Part shown: positions 48,627 through 58,106 of the stretch, piece after piece
How the letters are laid out: every line of letters starts with the position of its first letter
Numbering within the stretch: the stretch's first letter is position 1
Assembly: GCA_963675595.2 (NCBI GenBank)
Contig: CAXXLZ010000002.1
Coordinates: 2,336,001 to 2,400,000 of the forward strand
Length of the DNA stretch: 64,000 nucleotides
From: Thermodesulfobacteriota bacterium
Lineage (GTDB): Bacteria > Desulfobacterota > Desulfarculia > JACQYL01
Reading direction: 5' to 3'
Notes under the pieces: generated by a model
What the model was told of the DNA's origin: nothing
The model's database searches: none
What the model saw: only the letters and a program-made list of their open reading frames with translations
Translations under genes and position numbers: made by a program

Positions 48627-49534
48627 CACTCTCCTCCATTCCTTTCCTTCCGATGATTGACCCACATGAAACCGGCCAATACCGCATACAGGCTCGCCGG
48701 GGCCCACATATAGCTGAAGATGCCGTGCTGGATGGTCTCCGTCAGTTTGGGCATGGGTTTGGCGGGTACCTTTTGAAATCCCACCTTTTCGAAGGGAACC
48801 CCGGACAGGTACATCCACGAAGTCCCACCGGCCTCGAATTCGCCGTATATCGCGTCCACATATCGTCCGGGATCCCGACGGATCTTTTCATGAGCCAGTT
48901 CGAGAAGCCGGGCCCGTGGTCCGAACCGGATGGCCTCCACGGGGCATGCGGCCGCGCATCCGGGCTTTCCCCCATCCTTGACGATGCGGTCGAAGCAAAA
49001 GGTGCACTTCCTGACCTGAGGCGCCAGGGCCTCGTGGTATTCATAAGCCGGTATCTGGAACGGACAGGCCACCAGACAGTAGCGACAACCGATGCATTTG
49101 GACGCATCGTAGTGGACCGGGCCGTAGTCCTTTTTGGTCAGCGCCCCCACGATGCAGGCCGAAACACACGCGGGTTCGAGACAATGCATGCACTGCACTT
49201 TGACGAAAGTAGGAACAAGCTGATTCCTCTCGTCCACCCGTCCCGGATACCACCGGTTCACCACCGTATAAGCGCCCACGTCCGGACGCCGTTTTTCATC
49301 CAGGACCCTGGGATCGTCAAAAGGGATCGCCGGTTCGGGAAGCCCGTTCACTTGGTTACACGCCTGTTCACATTTGCGACATCCTACGCAGACCGTCAGA
49401 TCGACCAGGCATCCATAAGCCCCGCCCGCCGGGTCGTCGGAAACGACTGCGGGAAAAGCGGCGGACGGACTCAGCGCCCAAGTCGTACCGCTCAAACCCA
49501 CAAATCTCAAAAATGCTCTACGATCCATACCCAT
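48626..49534 (-). CDS. Tat-exported 4Fe-4S protein (HybA/HmcB type)
   Basis: DRRAFLR Tat; four Fe-S Cys groups; GGTSWMYLS; C-terminal TM. Confidence 0.88.
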   Translation of the reverse strand: MGMDRRAFLRFVGLSGTTWALSPSAAFPAVVSDDPAGGAYGCLVDLTVCVGCRKCEQACNQVNGLPEPAIPFDDPRVLDEKRRPDVGAYTVVNRWYPGRVDERNQLVPTFVKVQCMHCLEPACVSACIVGALTKKDYGPVHYDASKCIGCRYCLVACPFQIPAYEYHEALAPQVRKCTFCFDRIVKDGGKPGCAAACPVEAIRFGPRARLLELAHEKIRRDPGRYVDAIYGEFEAGGTSWMYLSGVPFEKVGFQKVPAKPMPKLTETIQHGIFSYMWAPASLYAVLAGFMWVNHRKERNGGE

Positions 49535-49613
49535 CCTTCCTTAAATTCCTCCGATTAACAGCAGAATACGGACCGCCCGTGCGAGTCGGTCGAAACGCCT
49601 TCGTGCCCAATAA

Positions 49614-49628
49614 TCAAGAAGCATGCCT
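49614..49628 (-). promoter_or_regulatory. Candidate sigma54 promoter for the HybA-NrfD-OTR operon; palindrome TAAACA-GG-TGTTTA near 49726 as possible UAS
   Basis: Minus strand AGGCAT-GCTTC-TTGA, divergent from an activator. Confidence 0.5.
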
Positions 49629-49755
49629 GAACCACCCCCCCTGGGACAAACATGTAACCAATTGAAATTACAGCTATACAAGTACTTTGTTCACTATTTC
49701 TTGATCAGGGAACCTATACGGTGTTAAACAGGTGTTTAAACTGTTGGAGGCATGA

Positions 49756-51126
49756 ATGAACGAGCAGGAACTGCAGGTTTACTGGAAAGATATCCTGAAC
49801 ACCATGAACGAAGGTTTGATGCTCATCGGGGCGGACGGGACGATTCTATTGGCCAACAAGGCCCTCTCGGACCTGTCCGGGTACTCGGAAGAGGAACTTG
49901 TAGGGTCCAACTGCTCCCTGTTTCATTCGGAAATTTGTGAACATGCGAGACTGGAAGGCGGCGCCAAGTGGTGCACCCTGTTCCAGGAAGGAACCTTCAA
50001 CATGAAACGGTGCCTGATCCTTAGAAAGGACGGCACCTGGGTCCCGGTGCTCAAGAACGCCGCCGTACTCAAGGCACAAGACGGAAAGCTGCTGGGAGCC
50101 GTGGAAACCCTTACCGATATTACGGAAATCCACAAGCGAGACCAGCGTATCGAACAGCTTTCCCGATTGCTCGAAGACACCGGCAGCTTCCACGGGTTGG
50201 TGGGCAGGTCCGCCGCCATGCAACACGTTTATGAAATCGCGGAAAGGGCCGCGCAAAGCGACGCCCCGGTCATTATTTATGGAGAAAGCGGGGTGGGAAA
50301 GGAACTCGTGGCCGAAGTCATCCACGATGTGGGCAAACGGCGGGACGGTCCGTATGTTGCTCTGAATTGCGCCGCCCTTAATGAATCTCTCCTGGAAAGC
50401 GAGTTGTTCGGTCACCGAAAGGGCGCCTTCACGGGTGCCTACCGCCACAACGTGGGGAGATTCGAGGCCGCTCACGGAGGCGACATCTTCCTCGATGAAA
50501 TCGGCGATCTGCCCCTGTCCATGCAGGTGAAGTTGTTGCGGGTCCTGGAATCCAAAGAGTTCGAGCGAGTGGGAGACCACCGGTCCATTTCGGTGGACGT
50601 CCGAATCATCGCCGCCACCAACCGGGACCTCGACAGATTGGTGGCACAAGGCCTGTTCAGGCAGGATTTCTATTTCAGGATCAACGTCATCCCAATCCAC
50701 GTTCCGCCGCTGCGGGAACGCATGGAGGACGTTCCCCTGTTGGTCCGCCATTTCATCGAAAAACTGGTGGAAAGAACGGGCAAGCGAATCCATGGAATCG
50801 CATCCGAAACCATGGACCTGTTCATGCGTCACTCGTGGCCCGGCAACGTCCGGGAACTCAAAAGCGCGTTGGAATACGCCTTTGTCATCGCGGACGAAGG
50901 GCACGTGGAACCTCGCCACCTGCCCGCCTCGATATTAGGAAAGGACATGATTCGGCAACAGATCGTACCGGACACGGAAGGAGAGGAGAAAAAGGCGCTT
51001 CTCGAGGCTCTGGACAAGGCCGGAGGCAATCAGACCAAAGCCGCCGAGATATTGGGAGTCTGTCGAACAACCGTATGGAACCGGATGCGAAAATACGGAA
51101 TTCAGATCAACAAAGGACTGAACTGA
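49756..51126 (+). CDS. PAS-AAA+-Fis sigma54-dependent activator, paralog of 36703-38085
   Basis: GESGVGKE, GAFTGA, WPGNVREL, RTTVWNRM HTH. Confidence 0.92.
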   Translation: MNEQELQVYWKDILNTMNEGLMLIGADGTILLANKALSDLSGYSEEELVGSNCSLFHSEICEHARLEGGAKWCTLFQEGTFNMKRCLILRKDGTWVPVLKNAAVLKAQDGKLLGAVETLTDITEIHKRDQRIEQLSRLLEDTGSFHGLVGRSAAMQHVYEIAERAAQSDAPVIIYGESGVGKELVAEVIHDVGKRRDGPYVALNCAALNESLLESELFGHRKGAFTGAYRHNVGRFEAAHGGDIFLDEIGDLPLSMQVKLLRVLESKEFERVGDHRSISVDVRIIAATNRDLDRLVAQGLFRQDFYFRINVIPIHVPPLRERMEDVPLLVRHFIEKLVERTGKRIHGIASETMDLFMRHSWPGNVRELKSALEYAFVIADEGHVEPRHLPASILGKDMIRQQIVPDTEGEEKKALLEALDKAGGNQTKAAEILGVCRTTVWNRMRKYGIQINKGLN

Positions 51127-51253
51127 TCATCGAAGCCCGTCACTTGGGCAGCCCACCCCGTTTTGCCCAACAAAGTCAAAAGGACCCGCCGTAAACGGTG
51201 GGCGCGTCCATTGGCGTCGCGCCCTCCCCAATAAAGGCCTCGTACGTTGGACT

Positions 51254-51592
51254 CTATCCCAAGGCCAGAACGATCCAACCCAGAATCACGACCACCAGCC
51301 AGGAACCCGCCAAGCCCCACAGAAACCGGCTCCAGGAAACGCCACACAGCCTCTTTGCCGATTGGACCACCCAGGTCCAGTTCAACCACAAGTGTACGAC
51401 CAGCAGGCTCAGGAACAACAAAGCCAATACCAGGTGCAGATCGCCCCAGGCATGCCGGTTCACCCCAAGGAATCCGCCGCCGCCCCTTCCCCCGGGAATA
51501 ACCAGAGCCAGCAACAGCCCCAAACCCGCCGTTGAGGAAAGGGCGACAAAAAGCAACGCATCCAACAGAACTTTCCAATCGTTCTTCTTCAC
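51254..51592 (-). CDS. DUF4405-like membrane protein
   Basis: RHAWGDLH...VHLWLNW.W His pattern. Confidence 0.7.
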   Translation of the reverse strand: MKKNDWKVLLDALLFVALSSTAGLGLLLALVIPGGRGGGGFLGVNRHAWGDLHLVLALLFLSLLVVHLWLNWTWVVQSAKRLCGVSWSRFLWGLAGSWLVVVILGWIVLALG

Positions 51593-51605
51593 GATTCTCT
51601 CCGAA

Positions 51606-52115
51606 TCAGCTGGAAGGAGGCACCCAATCGAAACGCTGCTCATGAATGGTGCCGCCCCACTGTTCTAATTCATGCTCCACGGTCATATGGAAGCCGTGCC
51701 TCTCATACAGGCGTTTGGCTGCGTCCAGGCCGCGGAAGGTCCAAAGGAAGGCACGAGGCACGTTGGTCTGCCGAGCAAAGACCACCGCCCGATCGATGAG
51801 CCGCGCCCCCACTCCGAGCCCGTGGAATTCGGGGGCCACGATGAACCATCGCAATCTGGCGCCGGCCGTGGAGGCCTCCTTTGCGTCCAAAACCACGGAG
51901 CCGGCAAAGGTTTCGCCGTGCCAAGCGGTCCATAGGCCGTCGCGTTCATCGACGAACCTTCCCATGAACTCCCCCAACTCCCTGGCCACCTGTGACTCGA
52001 AAGAAACGTCGAAGCCCCAGTTTTTGTGGTAATATTCAGCGTGCAACCCGATGATCTTTCCCAAAACACCGGGGGCATATCCACGAATAGCGATTTCTTT
52101 CACATCAACGGACAT
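51606..52115 (-). CDS. GNAT family N-acetyltransferase
   Basis: ARLRWFIV.PEFHGLGVG, LWT...AAKRLYERHGF. Confidence 0.85.
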   Translation of the reverse strand: MSVDVKEIAIRGYAPGVLGKIIGLHAEYYHKNWGFDVSFESQVARELGEFMGRFVDERDGLWTAWHGETFAGSVVLDAKEASTAGARLRWFIVAPEFHGLGVGARLIDRAVVFARQTNVPRAFLWTFRGLDAAKRLYERHGFHMTVEHELEQWGGTIHEQRFDWVPPSS

Positions 52116-52185
52116 CCCGCTCCTTTCGAAGGGGCCGCGCGTTTACTTCGCCGACCCCGGACCGTTTCCTCTCTGCGGAGGGTTT

Positions 52186-52527
52186 ATGGGAGCCGCGGCA
52201 GGACGATTGTATCACCCCGACACGGGTACCTGGAAAACGATCCATCGAGGATTCTCCTGGCCGTGCCTTTTCCTGGGACCGTTCTGGTATGCGTCCAACG
52301 GTATGGGTGTCTGGACCCTGCGAGCCGTTCTGCTTTGCCCGGTGACCTTGGGCGTTTCGTGGCTGGTACTCCCCTTCTTCGCCAATCGGCAACGTATCGT
52401 TCACCTGTTGACATCGGGTTTTCTGCCGGACGAGGAGGCACACCGGTTTCTTTCCCTACATCACCTCATCACGCGATTCTGCCCCGTGGTTCACGGAGAA
52501 AACGACATTCGGCATCCTTCCGCCTGA
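52186..52527 (+). CDS. Small membrane protein, DUF2628-like
   Basis: GGAGG RBS; GFSWPCLFLGPFW...FFAN. Confidence 0.55.
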   Translation: MGAAAGRLYHPDTGTWKTIHRGFSWPCLFLGPFWYASNGMGVWTLRAVLLCPVTLGVSWLVLPFFANRQRIVHLLTSGFLPDEEAHRFLSLHHLITRFCPVVHGENDIRHPSA

Positions 52528-52598
52528 ACCCCCTGTAAAACACTTCGTGTGGCTGTAACTTGCGAAACACCAAAGGAAAGTGTGCAGTCTCCCGCCCA

Positions 52599-54821
52599 TC
52601 AGACGCCGCGGACAACATCACTTTCGGGAAACATGCGCCGGACGGCTCCGAGTTCGCGTTTCGCCTCGGCCAGTCGGGTTTTCAGGTGAGAATACCTTTT
52701 GCGGGTCCTATCGTTGTGAATCGCCATCTCCAAAGCTTTCTTCTGCCCCAGAAGAATCACGAGACGCTTGCCCCGGGTGATCGCGGTGTATACCAGATTT
52801 CTCTGCAGCAGGAGATAATGCTGAACCATCAAAGGGATGATGACCACCGGATACTCGCTGCCCTGGGACTTGTGTACGCTGGTGGCATAAGCCAGGGTAA
52901 TTTCGTCCAGATCCGAGAAATCGTAGGGCAGCACCCGGCCCTCGAATTCCACCAGTACGTTCCGATCCTCCCTGTCCACCGTAACGATCCGACCGATATC
53001 TCCGTTGTAGACTTCCTTATCGTAGTTGTTCCGGAGTTGCATGACCTTGTCACCCTTCCGAAACCCCGTGTCCCCTCGCTGTAGTTCAATGGGGCCCGGG
53101 TTGAGCACTTCCTGCAGCCTCAGGTTCAGGTTCGTCACACCCACAACACCCCGGTTCATGGGTGTCAGCACTTGGACCTGTTCCACGGGATCAAACCCGA
53201 AACGATTTTTAATCCGTTCCGTACAAAGCTCAACGATGGTTTCCAGCAGCTTCTCTTCTTGAGGGCGTTCGAAGAAATAGAAATCCGGCTCCCGGTCATG
53301 AACGTCCGTATGGAGCAAGGGCCACTTGCCCGCATTGATCCTGTGGGCGTTTACCACGATCATGCTTTCTTCGGCTTGTCGAAAAACCTGATCCAAACGA
53401 ATGACGGGCACGGTTTCCGAATCAATGATGTCCTTGAGCACCGTGCCGGGTCCGACCGAAGGCAACTGATCCACGTCCCCGACCAACACCAGCCGAGCAT
53501 CCTGAGGGATGGCCCTGAGTAGACTGTTCATCAGGCCCAGGTCCACCATGGAGACCTCGTCCACCACCAATGCGTCCGTTCTCAACGGATTGTCGTCGTT
53601 TTTCTTGAAAGAGCCTTCGTTGGGACTGAACTCCAGGAGGCGATGAATCGTTTTGGCTTCGTGGTCTGAAGATTGGGCCAGGCGTTTGGCGGCCCTCCCC
53701 GTGGGCGCGGCCAGGAGCACCGTCTTTCCCCGACGTTTGAGTATTTCGATCACTGCTCTGACCAAAGTGGTCTTTCCGGTGCCCGGGCCCCCGGTGATCA
53801 CCGTAACTTTGTGCGTCAGGGCCGTCTCCACCGCTTCTTTCTGTTTGGGCGCCAGATCCAGTCCCAGCCGCCGCCTTACCCAAACGGAAAGATCGTCCCA
53901 CCCGGGGATTTCATAGGTGTCCCCGCAAGCGAGCAATTCCAGCAATCCTTTGGCCACACCCTTTTCCGCCGCCTGAAGCCATTTGAGATAGACAAACTCT
54001 TCCGCCTCGCCCTCAAAGGAATCCCTGGCGACCAAGCCTCGATCCATCAGCCCTCGAACGCCCCTCTCGATGGTTTCCCTTTGTATGGACAGCAACTTCT
54101 CACACCGGTCGAGGAGCCGGTCTTGAGGAAAACACACGTGTCCCTGTTCCGCCAAAGCTTGAAGGACATACATGACACCGGCTTCGGCACGGAGTACGGA
54201 GTCCAAATCGAAGCCCAGGCTCCGCGCCAACCGGTCCGCGGTAAGGAAGCCCACACCTTGCAGGTCCATGGCCAGGCGGTACGGATTGTTCCGGATCACG
54301 TCCAGGGAACGTTTTCCGTACTCTTTGAATATTTTGACCGCCAATGCAGGCCCAAAGCCCATTCCTTGGAGGAACACCATGATTTCACGCACTTCTCGAT
54401 GTTCATTCCAAGATACCCGAATCTGTTCGAGACGCTTGGGACCGATTCCTTCGATCTCACGAAGCCGATCCAAGTCCCGGTCCAGGATTTCCAATGTGTC
54501 TTCGCCGAATTTTGAGACGATGCGTTCCGCCGTTCCGGGACCAATTCCCCGGACCAGGCCCGAACCCAAGTATTTCCGAATTCCATCGGATGACACGGGA
54601 AGAACGCTGCGGAATCGCTGGATCTTGATTTGAGGGCCATATTTAGGATGATTGTGCCATTCGCCGACGATTTCCAGGTGTTCTCCGGGGTCCACGCCCA
54701 CCAGGGGACCCACAACGCTGATCAGGCGGCCGTCGTCGAGAGAAACACGCGCCACCGTCCAACCCGAATCCTCGGCCTGGAAAGTAATCTGCTCCAATAT
54801 CCCCTTCAGTGTTACCGGCAT
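52599..54821 (-). CDS. recD2: ATP-dependent RecD2 helicase
   Basis: N-terminal HhH GIGP repeats; GGPGTGKT, APTGRAA, DEVSM, GDVDQLPSVG, HKSQGSE. Confidence 0.93.
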   Translation of the reverse strand: MPVTLKGILEQITFQAEDSGWTVARVSLDDGRLISVVGPLVGVDPGEHLEIVGEWHNHPKYGPQIKIQRFRSVLPVSSDGIRKYLGSGLVRGIGPGTAERIVSKFGEDTLEILDRDLDRLREIEGIGPKRLEQIRVSWNEHREVREIMVFLQGMGFGPALAVKIFKEYGKRSLDVIRNNPYRLAMDLQGVGFLTADRLARSLGFDLDSVLRAEAGVMYVLQALAEQGHVCFPQDRLLDRCEKLLSIQRETIERGVRGLMDRGLVARDSFEGEAEEFVYLKWLQAAEKGVAKGLLELLACGDTYEIPGWDDLSVWVRRRLGLDLAPKQKEAVETALTHKVTVITGGPGTGKTTLVRAVIEILKRRGKTVLLAAPTGRAAKRLAQSSDHEAKTIHRLLEFSPNEGSFKKNDDNPLRTDALVVDEVSMVDLGLMNSLLRAIPQDARLVLVGDVDQLPSVGPGTVLKDIIDSETVPVIRLDQVFRQAEESMIVVNAHRINAGKWPLLHTDVHDREPDFYFFERPQEEKLLETIVELCTERIKNRFGFDPVEQVQVLTPMNRGVVGVTNLNLRLQEVLNPGPIELQRGDTGFRKGDKVMQLRNNYDKEVYNGDIGRIVTVDREDRNVLVEFEGRVLPYDFSDLDEITLAYATSVHKSQGSEYPVVIIPLMVQHYLLLQRNLVYTAITRGKRLVILLGQKKALEMAIHNDRTRKRYSHLKTRLAEAKRELGAVRRMFPESDVVRGV

Positions 54822-55182
54822 GAAAAGCACTATATATAACCCGGGGTCCGGGATACAACGGAATAGTCGCCCGGAGCGACATCAAACGTCGGCACATACG
54901 CGGTCTTTCTTCGGTCGCCGCTTGATATTCGAGGGATAAATCCCTATGGTTGCACAGTTCGGTCATCATTGGCATAGGTTCTTGCGTTTTCGAAATCGGC
55001 TGTGCCCGCAGCTTTCTTCGGGTCTCACGTGACGCGCGTCCTATATGAGGTCCGAACGTTATTATTCGGAGAGTGATCCTTCGGCGCCGTTCGAGGCGGG
55101 ACTCGGTCGGGTCGCAGCTTCGAAGAATCAAAAACGCCGTTCCGCACCATCGACACGCTTAGGAAACCCCGAGGTGGAGCCC

Positions 55183-56037
55183 ATGACTGAAGCAGCCGAC
55201 CGTCGCTCGGCCGAAACCCTCGCCGTCCCTCCCCGTGTGGTGTCCGTTGTCTTCGCAGCCGGCAAGGGAACAAGAATGACCGGGTACGACGGCAACAAGA
55301 CCTTGCTGCCCTTATTACCCACTGATTCGCCTTTCCAGGGGGCGCGCCCCCTCCTTCACGAAGTGCTGTCCAATCTTCCTTCGGGCCCCAAGATTCTTGT
55401 GGTAAATCACCGAAAAGAAGACGTCATTTCAGCCACCGAGGAATTCGAGGTTTCCTGTGCCGAGCAGCCCGTAACCAACGGAACCGGGGGCGCTTTATTG
55501 GCGGCCCGGCCTTTGCTCATGGACGCCGTGGAGTCCGTGGTGCTTATCACCATGGGAGACGTGCCCCTCGTGCGCCGGAAAACCTACGAAGACCTCGTCG
55601 ACATGGCGCGTTACGCGCCTCTGGTGGTATTGGGGTTTCGTCCTTCGGAGCCGGCGCGTTACGGAGCCGTGGAAATGTCGGAAGAACGAGTTCGGCGAAT
55701 TACGGAATGGGCCTACTGGAAGGACTACTCCCCGGAGAAACGAGCCGGGCTCACGATTTTCAATTCCGGTATTTACGCGGCACAGAGAGATGTCCTTCTG
55801 GAAATGCTCCCCAAGCTCGAAAGGAATCCACATGTCGTCCACAAAGAACGGAACGGGCGCGTGGAACCCATCGAGGAGTTTTTCATTACGGATCTGGTGG
55901 AATTGATGGTCGCCGAGGGCATGTCCCCGAATTGTGTGGTCTGCGCCGATGAACGGGAAGTAATGGGCGTGGATACTCCGGAGGCTTTGAGGAGAGTTCA
56001 AGAAATCTACCGAAAACATTGGGCCGACTCCGCTTGA
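55183..56037 (+). CDS. NTP transferase (GlmU N-terminal-like), no acetyltransferase domain
   Basis: AAGKGTRM...K, Q...GTGGA, GDVPL, NSGIY, EFFITD. Confidence 0.8.
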   Translation: MTEAADRRSAETLAVPPRVVSVVFAAGKGTRMTGYDGNKTLLPLLPTDSPFQGARPLLHEVLSNLPSGPKILVVNHRKEDVISATEEFEVSCAEQPVTNGTGGALLAARPLLMDAVESVVLITMGDVPLVRRKTYEDLVDMARYAPLVVLGFRPSEPARYGAVEMSEERVRRITEWAYWKDYSPEKRAGLTIFNSGIYAAQRDVLLEMLPKLERNPHVVHKERNGRVEPIEEFFITDLVELMVAEGMSPNCVVCADEREVMGVDTPEALRRVQEIYRKHWADSA

Positions 56038-56159
56038 AAAAAGCCCCCTCTCCCGGCTTCCGGTATCCAGACCAATCCCGTCCATCGAATACCGGCGAGA
56101 CCGTGGGAAGCCCGCCCCACTTCATTACCGCACGGTTCGAAACCGGCTTCTCCCTCCGA

Positions 56160-58004
56160 ATGGAAAAAGACGACCTGCATCGAACTCTGACGATTCAACA
56201 TGCCGGGGAGCTTTGCATCGGATTCCTTTCCCGAACGGCGCCCACTGAATTGGAGGGGTTCGAGAAATGCTTCGCCCAGATTGTGGAAAAATCGGACTGG
56301 GAGTACCCCGAGGAATCTCTGGTCCGAAGAAGTTTCGCCGGATATGCCTCCTTTGGATGCGCGAACGCCCCGTGGGGCGTCTTCGAAATCAAAGCGCAAC
56401 CCGACGCGCCCCGTACCATCCGCGGTAAACAATACCAGATTCTCGTGGCCGGCCTTTTCCTGGACTTCCTACGTTCCACGAAAAGGTCCCGATTCGAACA
56501 GGTTAAGGAAGAGTTCGAGGAACTCCTGGACTCGCTGATCAGAGCCTACTACGGATCCACATCCAACATCACCGGAGAAGACCTCAATCTGCTCCGAGAA
56601 GAGCTGAACCGCATCGGCCTGAATTATTTTCAGGTGTCCGGACATGTGAGGGAAGGTCATGTCCGGACCGAGACTCACCTGTCCGAATTCGAGGAACTCG
56701 CTCTCATTTGGGGAAGAGGCCCCATGATGGAAAAACGAATCGAAGAACTTCGGCGTCTCGCCCGGTCCCCCATGCCCATTCTTCTCACCGGAGAGACCGG
56801 TACGGGAAAGACCTTCTTAGCCGGTTTGATCCATAAGCTCAGTCCTCGGGCGGAGCGCCCCTGCTTGACGATCAACTGCGCCGCCATCCCCTCCAATCTG
56901 TTGCAGAGTGAACTATTCGGATATCGACGCGGCGCCTTTACCGGAGCGGTGCACGACAAGATGGGACTCCTCAAGAGCGCTGAAGGCGGGACCGTCTTGC
57001 TGGACGAAATCGGCGACTTGTCCAAGGAGGACCAAGTCAAGCTGCTGCAGGTATTGGAGGAGGGCAGAATATTGCCTTTGGGAAGCCTTAAAGAGACCAA
57101 GGTCGACGTTCGCTTTCTGGCGGGAACCAATCGCCCTTTGGAAGAAGACGTAAGAGAAGGACGATTCCGCAGCGACCTGTACTTCAGGCTCAAAGGAGCC
57201 CATTTTCATTTGCCCCCCTTGCGGGAACGTATGGAAGTCTTCGACGAATTGGTGCTGAGAATACTCCGACGCACGCTTCCGGACGAGAATTCTCCGCCCC
57301 GGCTCGCTTCACCGGAGGCCATGGAACTTCTGCGACTCCATTCATGGCCGGGCAACGTTCGGGAATTGGACAATGTGCTTCGGCGAGCTGCGGCTTTGGC
57401 GACGGGCGGCACCATCCGTCCACAACACTTACCCGACGAATTGTTGCCCGATCGATTCGTTCCTTTCCGGGGAGAATCCACTCGACGCCGGCTGTTGGCG
57501 CTCACATTGGCGGGGCTGGGACTGAACGATCCGTATCTAGGCAATCTCCTCTACGAAACATCGGGCATGAGTTTCACCGTCAATGATCTCTTGGTTCGCC
57601 ATCCGGCACTGGCGGCCGCAGGCGAAACGATCCGCCGTGAAAGCGTCTTGCGTAAGGCCCGGCGTCTCCTCGCGCCCTGCAAAGGTCCGATTCTCGAAGA
57701 GAACGGGCGTAGAGGTCCCGCGGTCCGTCTGCGTCTAAAACCGGCATTTCTGGAGGAGAACGACCGGCGACTGTTCCAAGCCGTGGACTCGGCGGTCCGC
57801 CGGGTGGGAGCTCCCAAACGCACCGCCTTCGCCCTGTACGACGCACTCAAAGCACATGCAGGCGAAGACACGCCCCTGGCGGTTCCCGCCGCGATGGCGG
57901 GACTTCGCCTTGCTGAATTCCTGGGCCTGATTCGTTTGATTGAGGAACAGGGGCAGGCGAAGGTTGAAGGAGACATGGTTCGTATTGAAACAACATCGTG
58001 TTGA
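56160..58004 (+). CDS. Sigma54-interaction AAA+ regulator with unrecognised N- and C-terminal domains
   Basis: GETGTGKT, ELFG...GAFTGA, LLDEIGD, FRSDLYFRL, WPGNVREL; no canonical Fis HTH. Confidence 0.85.
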   Translation: MEKDDLHRTLTIQHAGELCIGFLSRTAPTELEGFEKCFAQIVEKSDWEYPEESLVRRSFAGYASFGCANAPWGVFEIKAQPDAPRTIRGKQYQILVAGLFLDFLRSTKRSRFEQVKEEFEELLDSLIRAYYGSTSNITGEDLNLLREELNRIGLNYFQVSGHVREGHVRTETHLSEFEELALIWGRGPMMEKRIEELRRLARSPMPILLTGETGTGKTFLAGLIHKLSPRAERPCLTINCAAIPSNLLQSELFGYRRGAFTGAVHDKMGLLKSAEGGTVLLDEIGDLSKEDQVKLLQVLEEGRILPLGSLKETKVDVRFLAGTNRPLEEDVREGRFRSDLYFRLKGAHFHLPPLRERMEVFDELVLRILRRTLPDENSPPRLASPEAMELLRLHSWPGNVRELDNVLRRAAALATGGTIRPQHLPDELLPDRFVPFRGESTRRRLLALTLAGLGLNDPYLGNLLYETSGMSFTVNDLLVRHPALAAAGETIRRESVLRKARRLLAPCKGPILEENGRRGPAVRLRLKPAFLEENDRRLFQAVDSAVRRVGAPKRTAFALYDALKAHAGEDTPLAVPAAMAGLRLAEFLGLIRLIEEQGQAKVEGDMVRIETTSC

Positions 58005-58106
58005 AATGATCTTGTTGGGATACTATGAAACAGACGTTCGGAACGTCCAAGCTGCGACGTCGCGCACAAAGATCGTCATCCCCATGGAGGACGAGAAGCC
58101 GGAATC

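Noticed and set aside
54970-54986. TGGCATAGGTTCTTGC as a sigma54 promoter
   Set aside because: GG-to-GC spacing is 11 nt rather than the required 10.
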